From IMG/VR virus record IMGVR_UViG_3300025660_000003, positions 64,001-128,000 of that record: a DNA stretch of 64,000 nt, one strand, 5' to 3'. The position numbers and the translations under genes were made by a program. The stretch comes from a virus. Shown piece by piece: positions 55,092 to 62,475 of the stretch (its first letter is position 1; every line of letters begins with the position of its first letter). The notes beneath the pieces were generated by a model, which saw only the letters and a list, made by a program, of their open reading frames with translations, did not search any database and was not told where the DNA came from.

Positions 55092-55613
55092 ATGAGCCAG
55101 TCCCACCGCGACCTTGAGGCCCTGTTCGACTCAGAGGCCCTGTGCGGTGCCAAGCAGCAGGCTCTCGCCCGGCTGCTGGCGTCTCTCCTGACGACCGACA
55201 TGAACGGTCGTCCCTTCATCATGTCCCCCGGCGAACTTCGATCAGCCATCCGCATCGCGGAGAAGGCCGCTGATCTGCCGCAGGGCGACGGGGTGCTCAA
55301 CCACAGGCACGCCCTCCTGCCCGACCCGGTCGTTTCCTGTGCCTCCGAGGACCAGCTCCTCATGCACCTGGAGCATCGGTTCCCCCGCGAGAAGCATGTG
55401 GTGGTCTTCGACGGGTTCGACACCCCGGAGCAGGCCCGTCACTTCGCGGGCTGGTACTCCGGCTCCGGCGAGCAGCAGTCGGACATCTGGATGGAAGAGC
55501 ACGCAGGCCTGTCCTTCGTGGGCACGAACGGCATCAAGCCCGGTCCCAGGCAGGAGGTCGTGGTCACGCTGCGGCTGACGTACCCAGGCTCAGATGAGCC
55601 TTCAAGCGAGTAG
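55092..55613 (+). CDS. Hypothetical protein, 173 aa
   Basis: Abutting ORF with codon bias. Confidence 0.65.
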   Translation: MSQSHRDLEALFDSEALCGAKQQALARLLASLLTTDMNGRPFIMSPGELRSAIRIAEKAADLPQGDGVLNHRHALLPDPVVSCASEDQLLMHLEHRFPREKHVVVFDGFDTPEQARHFAGWYSGSGEQQSDIWMEEHAGLSFVGTNGIKPGPRQEVVVTLRLTYPGSDEPSSE

Positions 55614-55616
55614 TAG
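55586..55616 (+). promoter_or_regulatory. Putative early promoter P9
   Basis: AGGCTCAGA-N14-AGTAGTAG overlapping the upstream stop codon. Confidence 0.65.
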
Positions 55617-55623
55617 GAGCACG

Positions 55624-55830
55624 ATGACCCGCCCCCACCACAGCACCGTCGCCGGACAGAAGGACATGCTGCGGACCGCCACAGAGCGGACCGCTGATGT
55701 CTGCCGGACCTTCAACGAGATCCAGACCGGGCCGAACCCCATCACGCCCGTCGAGATCCGAGCCCTCATCACGAAGCGTCCGGGCGTCTATGGCGTCCTG
55801 GAAGCCCACGCATCCCCCAGGAGCCTCTGA
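55624..55830 (+). CDS. Hypothetical protein, 68 aa
   Basis: AGGAG RBS. Confidence 0.6.
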   Translation: MTRPHHSTVAGQKDMLRTATERTADVCRTFNEIQTGPNPITPVEIRALITKRPGVYGVLEAHASPRSL

Positions 55831-56042
55831 TGCTCGCAGTCCTCAGCTACCTGCTCCCCAAGCCCCTCTCGGGTAACGAGTACCTCTCCCCCAAGGGCGA
55901 GAGGCTCACGGTGAAGACCATCCTGACCACGACGCGGGGCGTCTTCGTCGCCGTCTCCGGTCGAGGGCTCAACTCGTACAACATCCCCCTGGTGAAGTTC
56001 ACGCTCCGCTACGGCCGCGTCATCTCGGACCGGACCGTCTGA
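55830..56042 (+). CDS. Hypothetical protein, 70 aa
   Basis: TGATG coupling. Confidence 0.6.
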   Translation: MLAVLSYLLPKPLSGNEYLSPKGERLTVKTILTTTRGVFVAVSGRGLNSYNIPLVKFTLRYGRVISDRTV

Positions 56043-56407
56043 TGATCGTCCGGTGTACCTACTGCCAGGGCAAGTTCGAGTCCAAGGAGGCTCTCAAGGC
56101 CCACAACCCCGGAGTGATGGCCTGCAAGGACTCCCTCGGCCCCATCACCGATGACCGCGAGGTCACGATGACCTACGGCGAGTTGCGCGAGCTGACCCGT
56201 CTGATTCAGGAACGCAACGAGGTGAAGCGCGTCGAGGGCCATGCCGACTTCGGGACGCCCACGGTGTCGGCCGACATCGGAGGCGAGCAGGTCGAGATCC
56301 CCGCTCAGATCGTCTCGCAGTACATGGGACAGCGGCGGATGGCCCTGGACGACAAGATCCGCCTCTTCGGCGTCGAGCCGCAGACCTTCTGGAGAAACGA
56401 ACGATGA
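56042..56407 (+). CDS. Hypothetical protein with N-terminal Zn finger, 121 aa
   Basis: CTYCQGKFESKEALKAH...C. Confidence 0.6.
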   Translation: MIVRCTYCQGKFESKEALKAHNPGVMACKDSLGPITDDREVTMTYGELRELTRLIQERNEVKRVEGHADFGTPTVSADIGGEQVEIPAQIVSQYMGQRRMALDDKIRLFGVEPQTFWRNER

Positions 56408-56871
56408 CCACCCCCATCCTCGCCTTCCTCGGTGGTTCCGGGCTCGACAACGCGGGCCGCACCTGGGCCAGCTACTTCGACTTCGATGACGCCGCGTGGG
56501 AGGAGTGCCACCAGCACATCCAGTGGATGTTCCCGCTGCCCGAAGCATCGAAGATGCAGCCGTCCAGCCCCATCGCCACCCAGGCCGACTACGACGAGAT
56601 CGCCGGGAGCCCCATCCTGCGAGCCAAGATGGTGATGAGCCTCTGTCGCTACCTCCTGTTCCTGCACCGGACCTCGCAGTGGCGGGTGGCTCGCGACCAC
56701 AACCACCTCCGCATCACCCGCGTCATCCGCTGCCTGTCGTGGTGCGGGCTGAACGATCAGGCCATCGACTTCTGTGACTACGTGGTCGGCCAGGTCGGGG
56801 ACATCGTCGGCAAGCGGACGGTCTGGTACTGGGAAGAGGCCCTCAAGCGCGACCCGGCGTGGCTGGACTGA
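56404..56871 (+). CDS. Opioid growth factor receptor (OGFr_N)-like domain protein
   Basis: EECHQHIQWMFPLPEAS...P and DHNHLRITRVIRCL match the OGFr conserved region. Confidence 0.8.
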   Translation: MTTPILAFLGGSGLDNAGRTWASYFDFDDAAWEECHQHIQWMFPLPEASKMQPSSPIATQADYDEIAGSPILRAKMVMSLCRYLLFLHRTSQWRVARDHNHLRITRVIRCLSWCGLNDQAIDFCDYVVGQVGDIVGKRTVWYWEEALKRDPAWLD

Positions 56872-57386
56872 TGGAGCCCCGTCGCATCAAGGTCCACGAA
56901 CTTCGCACGGGGGACACCTTCCGGTTCGACCCGGAGCCCTGGTACGGCTCCGGTGTGCTCCGTGAGCCAGTCAGCATCCGCTACGAAGAGAACCCGGCGG
57001 ACCCGACCGGACCGACGATCCCCGTGGCTCCGACCCGCCTGAAGGACATCCATCATCCGGGCGTCCCCCACGGCTGGGTTCAGAAGGCCGACCTGGTGAA
57101 AGTCGAGTTCGACAACCTCAAGGTCGTCAACCCGCCCGGCGTCAACTACATGCGCTGCGACATCGAGGTGGTCCTCCTGGACCGGCCCCCCATGACGCAG
57201 GAACAGTGGCTCAGAGCGTTCCCCGCCCGCGTAGTGACTGAGAAGCCGGTGGACCCGCTGGCCTTTGCCAGCGACCAGTGGACCGTCGAGCAGGCCAAGG
57301 ACCATCGAGAGCAAGAGAGCGAGCACGGCGGCATGGAAGTCGTCAGGTTCGAGGACACGTACTACCTGGTGTGGAGCGACGAATGA
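56871..57386 (+). CDS. Hypothetical protein, 171 aa
   Basis: TGATG coupling. Confidence 0.6.
   Translation: MEPRRIKVHELRTGDTFRFDPEPWYGSGVLREPVSIRYEENPADPTGPTIPVAPTRLKDIHHPGVPHGWVQKADLVKVEFDNLKVVNPPGVNYMRCDIEVVLLDRPPMTQEQWLRAFPARVVTEKPVDPLAFASDQWTVEQAKDHREQESEHGGMEVVRFEDTYYLVWSDE
57207..57235 (+). promoter_or_regulatory. Putative early promoter P10 (intragenic)
   Basis: TGGCTCAGA-N14-CGTAGT, about 150 nt upstream of the PNKP gene. Confidence 0.55.
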
Positions 57387-58366
57387 GCAGCCCGACCCCC
57401 GAGATCGTCATCACCGTGGGCTACCCCGGCTCCGGCAAGGGCACCTACGTCAAGCCGCTGCTCGCAGCGGGCTACCAGTGCTTCAACCGCGACACGGTGG
57501 GAGGCTCGACCAGCAAGACCGACAGCCTCATCTACCGGGCTGCCCGAGCAGCCCACGCCGCCGGGTGCCGCCAGTTCGTGTTCGACAACACCTACGGCAC
57601 CATCGCCTCCCGCGAGCCCGTCATCGCGCTCGGCAAGGAGCTGGGAATCCCCGTCAGCGTGCTCTGGCTCCAGACGACCCTGGAGCAGGCACAGGTCTTC
57701 GCCTCGCGTCGGCAGGTCCAGCAGACCGGCGGACTGCTCCGCAAGGCCGAGTACAAGGCCCACCGTGGCAACCCCAACATGTTCCCGCCCGGAGCGCAGT
57801 ACGCCTACCGCAAGCGGTTCGAGCAGCCGACCCTGGCCGAGGGCTTCGCCGTCATCACGGCGGTCGAGATCGAAACCGTCTGGGGGCCGGAGTACACGAA
57901 CCGGGCCGTCATCCTCGACCTCGACGGCACCGTCCGGGTGGTCCCGGACGAGAAGGTCTGCCCGTGGCCCCGCACCACCGCAGAGGTCACCATCCTCGAC
58001 GGCTGTGGGGCGCTCCTCCAGCGCAAGCAGCGCGAGGGGTTCCTGATCCTCGGTGCGACCAACCAGAGTGGTGCGAGCCGCAAGCCGGACGACGAGAAGT
58101 ACGTCAGCGAGGCGAACATCGAGGCGTGCATCCAGGCCACCAGCGACGGCCTGGGGGTGGACATCGACTGCCTGTACTCGACCGACCGGGGTGGCCCGCC
58201 GTCGAGCTTCTGGCGGAAGCCCTGTCCCGGCATGGGCGTCGTGCTCATCGAGAAGTACAAGCTCGACCCGAGCAAGTGCATCTACGTCGGTGACATGACC
58301 AGCGACAAGACCTTCGCCGAGCGGTGCGGCTTCCAGTTCGCCTGGGCCGCCGACTACTTCCGATAG
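57383..58366 (+). CDS. Polynucleotide kinase/3'-phosphatase (P-loop kinase plus HAD-IIIA)
   Basis: GYPGSGKGT, NRD, DNT; DLDGT, TNQSG, RKPCPGM, YVGD..SD..FA. Confidence 0.85.
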   Translation: MSSPTPEIVITVGYPGSGKGTYVKPLLAAGYQCFNRDTVGGSTSKTDSLIYRAARAAHAAGCRQFVFDNTYGTIASREPVIALGKELGIPVSVLWLQTTLEQAQVFASRRQVQQTGGLLRKAEYKAHRGNPNMFPPGAQYAYRKRFEQPTLAEGFAVITAVEIETVWGPEYTNRAVILDLDGTVRVVPDEKVCPWPRTTAEVTILDGCGALLQRKQREGFLILGATNQSGASRKPDDEKYVSEANIEACIQATSDGLGVDIDCLYSTDRGGPPSSFWRKPCPGMGVVLIEKYKLDPSKCIYVGDMTSDKTFAERCGFQFAWAADYFR

Positions 58367-58369
58367 CCG

Positions 58370-58621
58370 ATGGGGGAGCGCACCTACTTCTGCAACAGCA
58401 AGGACGGCGGGCTGACCCTCCCGGCGAATGCCGAGTCGGTCCGCCTGATCGAGCACACGCGGGGGATGCTCGCGCAAGCGGCTGAAGCCCGCGACCGTGC
58501 CAACACCGTCATCACCGAGTACACGGCTGGGTGCAAGCACCCGTTCTTCTACGACGAGCCCGGCCACCCCCACGACATCCGCCACTGTGCCGCGTGCAAC
58601 GCCATCATCGGGACCATCTGA
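58370..58621 (+). CDS. Hypothetical protein, 83 aa
   Basis: Coiled coil plus CKH...CAAC. Confidence 0.6.
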   Translation: MGERTYFCNSKDGGLTLPANAESVRLIEHTRGMLAQAAEARDRANTVITEYTAGCKHPFFYDEPGHPHDIRHCAACNAIIGTI

Positions 58622-58773
58622 TGCTCCGGGAGCTGGCCATCATCGGAGGCGTCTGTGCCCTAGGAGTGGTGCTGATGCTGCTAGGGCTCCCCCAGGACTG
58701 GTGGGTCTTCATCGTCGTCGCCGTCGTGGTCTGGCAAGTGGTCCGGGCCATCCGACAGAATCGAGACACCTGA
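58621..58773 (+). CDS. Small membrane protein, 50 aa
   Basis: Two hydrophobic segments; TGATG coupling. Confidence 0.55.
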   Translation: MLRELAIIGGVCALGVVLMLLGLPQDWWVFIVVAVVVWQVVRAIRQNRDT

Positions 58774-59144
58774 TGCCGCAGATCACAGTCCTTCGACGCG
58801 ACGGCAAGCTCTACGTCCGGCTCGGCCTCGTGACGGGGCCGCACGACGGCGAGAACTTCTCCCCGGAGCTGATGGCGACCTTCCGCGAGGTCAACCACCT
58901 GGAGAAGGGCATCTGCCCCTCCGTCAACGGCGACTGGTTCACGAAGGACTGGCCGTTCCTCCCCGGCAAGCCCCAGGAGCCCGGTGCCTACTGGATTCTG
59001 TTCAGCCACGGCTGGCGTCTGGCTGAGGTTTTCGAGGCGCAGGGGAGCCTCTGGTACTCGAAGACCGGCCATGGTCGCCCCGCCCCGCTCCGGGGCACCA
59101 TCATCCGGGGCTACCTCCCCATCGAGACGCCCGAGGACTGCTGA
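58773..59144 (+). CDS. Hypothetical protein, 123 aa
   Basis: TGATG coupling. Confidence 0.6.
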   Translation: MPQITVLRRDGKLYVRLGLVTGPHDGENFSPELMATFREVNHLEKGICPSVNGDWFTKDWPFLPGKPQEPGAYWILFSHGWRLAEVFEAQGSLWYSKTGHGRPAPLRGTIIRGYLPIETPEDC

Positions 59145-59323
59145 TGGCAGGTACGACCCTCCGGGCTGGTGACTGCTGGACCTGTGATCGGAGCAGGCCC
59201 CCGATCCCCATCGGGTCGCCGCCGGAGTCCTGCAAGACCCAGGAGCCCACGCGGGAGTGGCTGCGGTGCTTCCGCAAGAATCGCCAGCAGAACAAGCCCT
59301 GCCCCGACTGGAGACGTGAGTGA
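59144..59323 (+). CDS. Cys-rich hypothetical protein, 59 aa
   Basis: MAGTTLRAGDCWTCDR...CPDWRRE; coupled at both ends. Confidence 0.55.
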   Translation: MAGTTLRAGDCWTCDRSRPPIPIGSPPESCKTQEPTREWLRCFRKNRQQNKPCPDWRRE

Positions 59324-59556
59324 TGGATGAGCCCGAAGAGGTGAATACCCTCCCTGCTGACGCGACGCATATTGTTCTCGTCTACTACCCGGACCCCCCA
59401 GGCTGGATGGATTGCAGCGGCCCCATCACGCTCGTACACGCGAGGGCCGAGTTCCAGTCCCACACCGACAATGGGAAGGCCCTCACAACCCCCGAGGAAG
59501 GCACCTACTTCAAGGTCTGGGACATCTCAGACCCAGACCTGCCGGAGTACACCTGA
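59323..59556 (+). CDS. Hypothetical protein, 77 aa (paralog of 60312..60554)
   Basis: GWMDCSGPI...TDNG...EGTY. Confidence 0.6.
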   Translation: MDEPEEVNTLPADATHIVLVYYPDPPGWMDCSGPITLVHARAEFQSHTDNGKALTTPEEGTYFKVWDISDPDLPEYT

Positions 59557-59765
59557 TGGCTGGTGAGCCCGCACCACCCCTCCGCATAGGCGACAACCTC
59601 GTGGGCTACTGCGCTGGTGTCTTCGGACGTGACGCCTACGGCGAGAAGCGCGTCGAGGCCATCGGCTGCGACTGGGTCATCGCCCGGGAGCCTGATGGTC
59701 AGATCCGCATGTACGAGGGACCGCCCGAGTACCTGTGTCAGTTCGTGGTGAAGGGGAAGCGGTGA
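59556..59765 (+). CDS. Hypothetical protein, 69 aa
   Basis: TGATG coupling. Confidence 0.6.
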   Translation: MAGEPAPPLRIGDNLVGYCAGVFGRDAYGEKRVEAIGCDWVIAREPDGQIRMYEGPPEYLCQFVVKGKR

Positions 59766-60319
59766 GAAAGCTGGTCCTCATCGACATGGACGAGGTGCTG
59801 GTGGAGTTCGTGCGCCCCTGGATGCTGGAGTACCGCCCGACCCTGCCCTACGCCGCGTTCCTGCTAGACGACTGGAAGGGGGCACGCAACGTCCAGGACC
59901 GCCTGGGGATGCCCCAGGACGAGTGGTGGGCTCTGTGCAGCGCCCTGACCGTCGAGTGGTGGGCGGACCTCCCCTGGACGACCTGGGGCCGCGACCTGCT
60001 GGATCTCGTGGAGGGCTTCGGGGTGGAGTGGGCTCTGCTCTCGGCTCCGGGCCTCTGCCCGAACTCCGCGACCGGCAAGGTGCTGTGGGTCGAGAAGAAC
60101 CTGGGCGACCAGTCGAAGCTCATCCTGGCGAACCGGAAGGAGCTGCTGGCCCGACCCGGTGTGCTCCTCATCGACGACATGCACCACAACGTCGATCGGT
60201 TCCGTGCGAATGGCGGTCAGGCCACCCTGGTCCCGCAACCCTGGAACGACGAAACCCGCGACCCACTGGAGTGCGTTCGCGTTGCTCTGTGGCAGCTCAT
60301 GGAGGCCCCCTGTGGCTGA
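59762..60319 (+). CDS. 5'(3')-deoxyribonucleotidase (NT5C-like HAD)
   Basis: LIDMDEVLVEF, LSAP, GKVLWV, LLIDD...NVDRF...GG, PQPWN. Confidence 0.8.
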   Translation: MRKLVLIDMDEVLVEFVRPWMLEYRPTLPYAAFLLDDWKGARNVQDRLGMPQDEWWALCSALTVEWWADLPWTTWGRDLLDLVEGFGVEWALLSAPGLCPNSATGKVLWVEKNLGDQSKLILANRKELLARPGVLLIDDMHHNVDRFRANGGQATLVPQPWNDETRDPLECVRVALWQLMEAPCG

Positions 60320-60554
60320 CGAGCCCCTTGACGTAGAAGCAACCACCCACCCGCAGTTCATCGTTCGGCTCTACGACATGTTCGATGGCTGGATGGACAT
60401 CAGCAAGCCGATCCCGAAGGAGGAGGCCGACGAGCTGCTGGCCGAGAAGACCAAGAACGGCACGCAGAACACGAAGTACGCGGACGGCGACTACTACGCG
60501 ATCTTCCCGGCCGACACGAAGATGCTCCACACGCCGGAGTTCAGAGGCCGCTGA
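60312..60554 (+). CDS. Hypothetical protein, 80 aa (paralog of 59323..59556)
   Basis: GGAGG RBS; GWMDISKPI...TKNG...DGDY. Confidence 0.6.
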   Translation: MADEPLDVEATTHPQFIVRLYDMFDGWMDISKPIPKEEADELLAEKTKNGTQNTKYADGDYYAIFPADTKMLHTPEFRGR

Positions 60555-60559
60555 TTCGA

Positions 60560-60590
60560 GGGATCAGAATCCCGAAGTTGTCCGTAGTAG
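60560..60590 (+). promoter_or_regulatory. Putative early promoter P11
   Basis: GGGATCAGA-N14-CGTAGTAG. Confidence 0.65.
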
Positions 60591-60611
60591 GCATGAAGGG
60601 ACGACGAGACC

Positions 60612-61289
60612 ATGACCATCCGCATCGCACACGCCAGTGACACCCACAACCAGCCGAGCATCGTTCGGCAGGTCGCGGACCTGGATGTCGATGTGCTGCT
60701 CCTGACGGGCGACATGATGGGCAACAAGGTCAACCGGATGTACGGCGAGACCGTGGACGCCATCACCGAGCGGGCGTACCAGACCGGCTGGTTCCGCAAG
60801 CACGCAAAGAAGTGGGCGCAGGACCTCAACGGTCGGCCCGTCATCAGCGTCCCCGGCAACCACGACTTCATCAGCATCACCACATGGCTCCGGCACTACG
60901 GCGTCACGGTCCTGGAGATCACGGACGAGAACCCGATGGTCGAGTTCATGGGCGTCCGGTTCGCTGGCTTCCGGCAGGTCGAGTACCTGGCGGGTGAGTG
61001 GGTCGGCGAGGTCCGGGACTTCGACGGCATCATCGACCGGGTCTTCAACTGCAACCCTCGGGTGCTGGTGGGGCACTCGCCTCCGGCGGGCATCCTGGAG
61101 TACGGCGACAACGAGCAGGACCGGCGAGGCATCGGGGCGCTCAACACGGCCCTGTTCCGCACGCGGGACCACAACGTCACGGACCACTTTTTCGGCCACG
61201 CCCACGAGTCCGGTGGGCAGTCGGTGACCCTCGGGGGCATCAACTTCCACAACGGGGCCGGACACATCAAGGTCCACACGATCGGCTAG
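60612..61289 (+). CDS. Calcineurin-like metallophosphoesterase
   Basis: SDTH, TGD, PGNHD, HSPP, FGHAHE motifs. Confidence 0.85.
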   Translation: MTIRIAHASDTHNQPSIVRQVADLDVDVLLLTGDMMGNKVNRMYGETVDAITERAYQTGWFRKHAKKWAQDLNGRPVISVPGNHDFISITTWLRHYGVTVLEITDENPMVEFMGVRFAGFRQVEYLAGEWVGEVRDFDGIIDRVFNCNPRVLVGHSPPAGILEYGDNEQDRRGIGALNTALFRTRDHNVTDHFFGHAHESGGQSVTLGGINFHNGAGHIKVHTIG

Positions 61290-61294
61290 ATGCT

Positions 61295-61318
61295 CCCACC
61301 CGTAGCAGTACGGGTGGG
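61295..61318 (+). terminator. Hairpin after the metallophosphoesterase gene (possible terminator)
   Basis: 10-bp stem cccacccgta-gcag-tacgggtggg; no U-tract. Confidence 0.5.
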
Positions 61319-61352
61319 GGTAGCCCGACCCCCCAGCGGGTAGCCTTGGGGC

Positions 61353-61970
61353 ATGAGCAAGCGCCTCAAGGACAGCGTCAAGCGGATCAACGAGACGGTA
61401 TCCATCGTCCAGATCCTCTCGACGTTGGGCTTCGACGTGCGCGAAGACGCGGGCGACCGCGAGCAGCAGTTCCGCTGCGACCTCCACGGCTCCGGCCATG
61501 ACGACACCCCCTCTGCCCGCGTCTACCCCGACTCGAACTCCTGGTACTGCTTCGGCTGCGGGGTGACCCGTGACGCCATCGAGACGTTGCAGGTCAAGCA
61601 GGGCGTGGCCTTCTGGGCTGCCATCAAGATGCTGGAGGCTGCTCACGGGCTCGACCCCCTCCCCATCGACTACGACGCGGACGAGCAGGGGCAGGGGGCT
61701 CTCGCAGAGGTCCGGGACAACCTCGCCAGCTACACGACGTTCGCGGACGAAGAGACCCGCACCAGGGCTTCCCTGGAGGCCATGACCAGCGACCGGGAGC
61801 TACCGCTCGACCGCCTGCTCTCCTTCTGGGAGGGGTTCGACAAGGCCGTCTTCATGGTCAGAGGCCCCCGTGGTGATGGCGGGGTGTGGGGCGAGACGAA
61901 GGGCCGGAAGGTGCTCGCAGGGCTCCGTGACCGCATGGCAGAGGTGCTGCTGGAACATCGCCGGTCGTGA
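61353..61970 (+). CDS. CHC2 zinc-finger protein (primase Zn-binding-domain-like)
   Basis: CDLHG...DDTPSARVY...WYCFGCG...DAI; no TOPRIM domain. Confidence 0.75.
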   Translation: MSKRLKDSVKRINETVSIVQILSTLGFDVREDAGDREQQFRCDLHGSGHDDTPSARVYPDSNSWYCFGCGVTRDAIETLQVKQGVAFWAAIKMLEAAHGLDPLPIDYDADEQGQGALAEVRDNLASYTTFADEETRTRASLEAMTSDRELPLDRLLSFWEGFDKAVFMVRGPRGDGGVWGETKGRKVLAGLRDRMAEVLLEHRRS

Positions 61971-62434
61971 AGCTCCAGCGGTTCACCATCTACGCGGGCT
62001 CCCTCGGCGGGACCGTGCAGGTCCTCAAGCCGACCCCCAGTGAGACACGCGACGGCGACACGCTGACCATTGACCCGTGGGGTGACCTGGCTCCTCTGCG
62101 GGAGGTGCCGGAGTTCGCCACCCTCATCCCGGTGGTGAGTGGGCCGACGATGAGCCATGCCCTGCACGGGCACATGAGGCCGCTGATGGAGCAGATTGGC
62201 CCAGAGCCGAAGCACCAGCTCATCCGCATCCCGGCCCCCTACGACGTGTGCAGCATGGCAGGCGAGTGCGTGATGTACGACGCGAAGCGGTGCCACCCTC
62301 GCAGCAAGAAACTGCCGGAGTGCTGGTGGCCTGACGCGGAGGAGGGTGTCCGGCGAGCGATGGCGGTCGTGACCCTGGCCTGGGCTGAGAACCGCTACGT
62401 CGTCGTGGTGGAGGGGGACGAGTTCGTGGTCTGA
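61967..62434 (+). CDS. Hypothetical Cys-containing protein, 155 aa
   Basis: GTGA coupling; codon bias. Confidence 0.65.
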   Translation: MKLQRFTIYAGSLGGTVQVLKPTPSETRDGDTLTIDPWGDLAPLREVPEFATLIPVVSGPTMSHALHGHMRPLMEQIGPEPKHQLIRIPAPYDVCSMAGECVMYDAKRCHPRSKKLPECWWPDAEEGVRRAMAVVTLAWAENRYVVVVEGDEFVV

Positions 62435-62475
62435 CGGGTAGTGGTGTCAGAACCCCTGGACGGAGCGACTGGTTG

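Noticed and set aside
36891-60590. Repeated motif as a CRISPR array or integron attC sites
   Set aside because: Copies are dispersed, non-palindromic, have a variable 14-nt core and are oriented toward starts; no cas or integrase gene in the window
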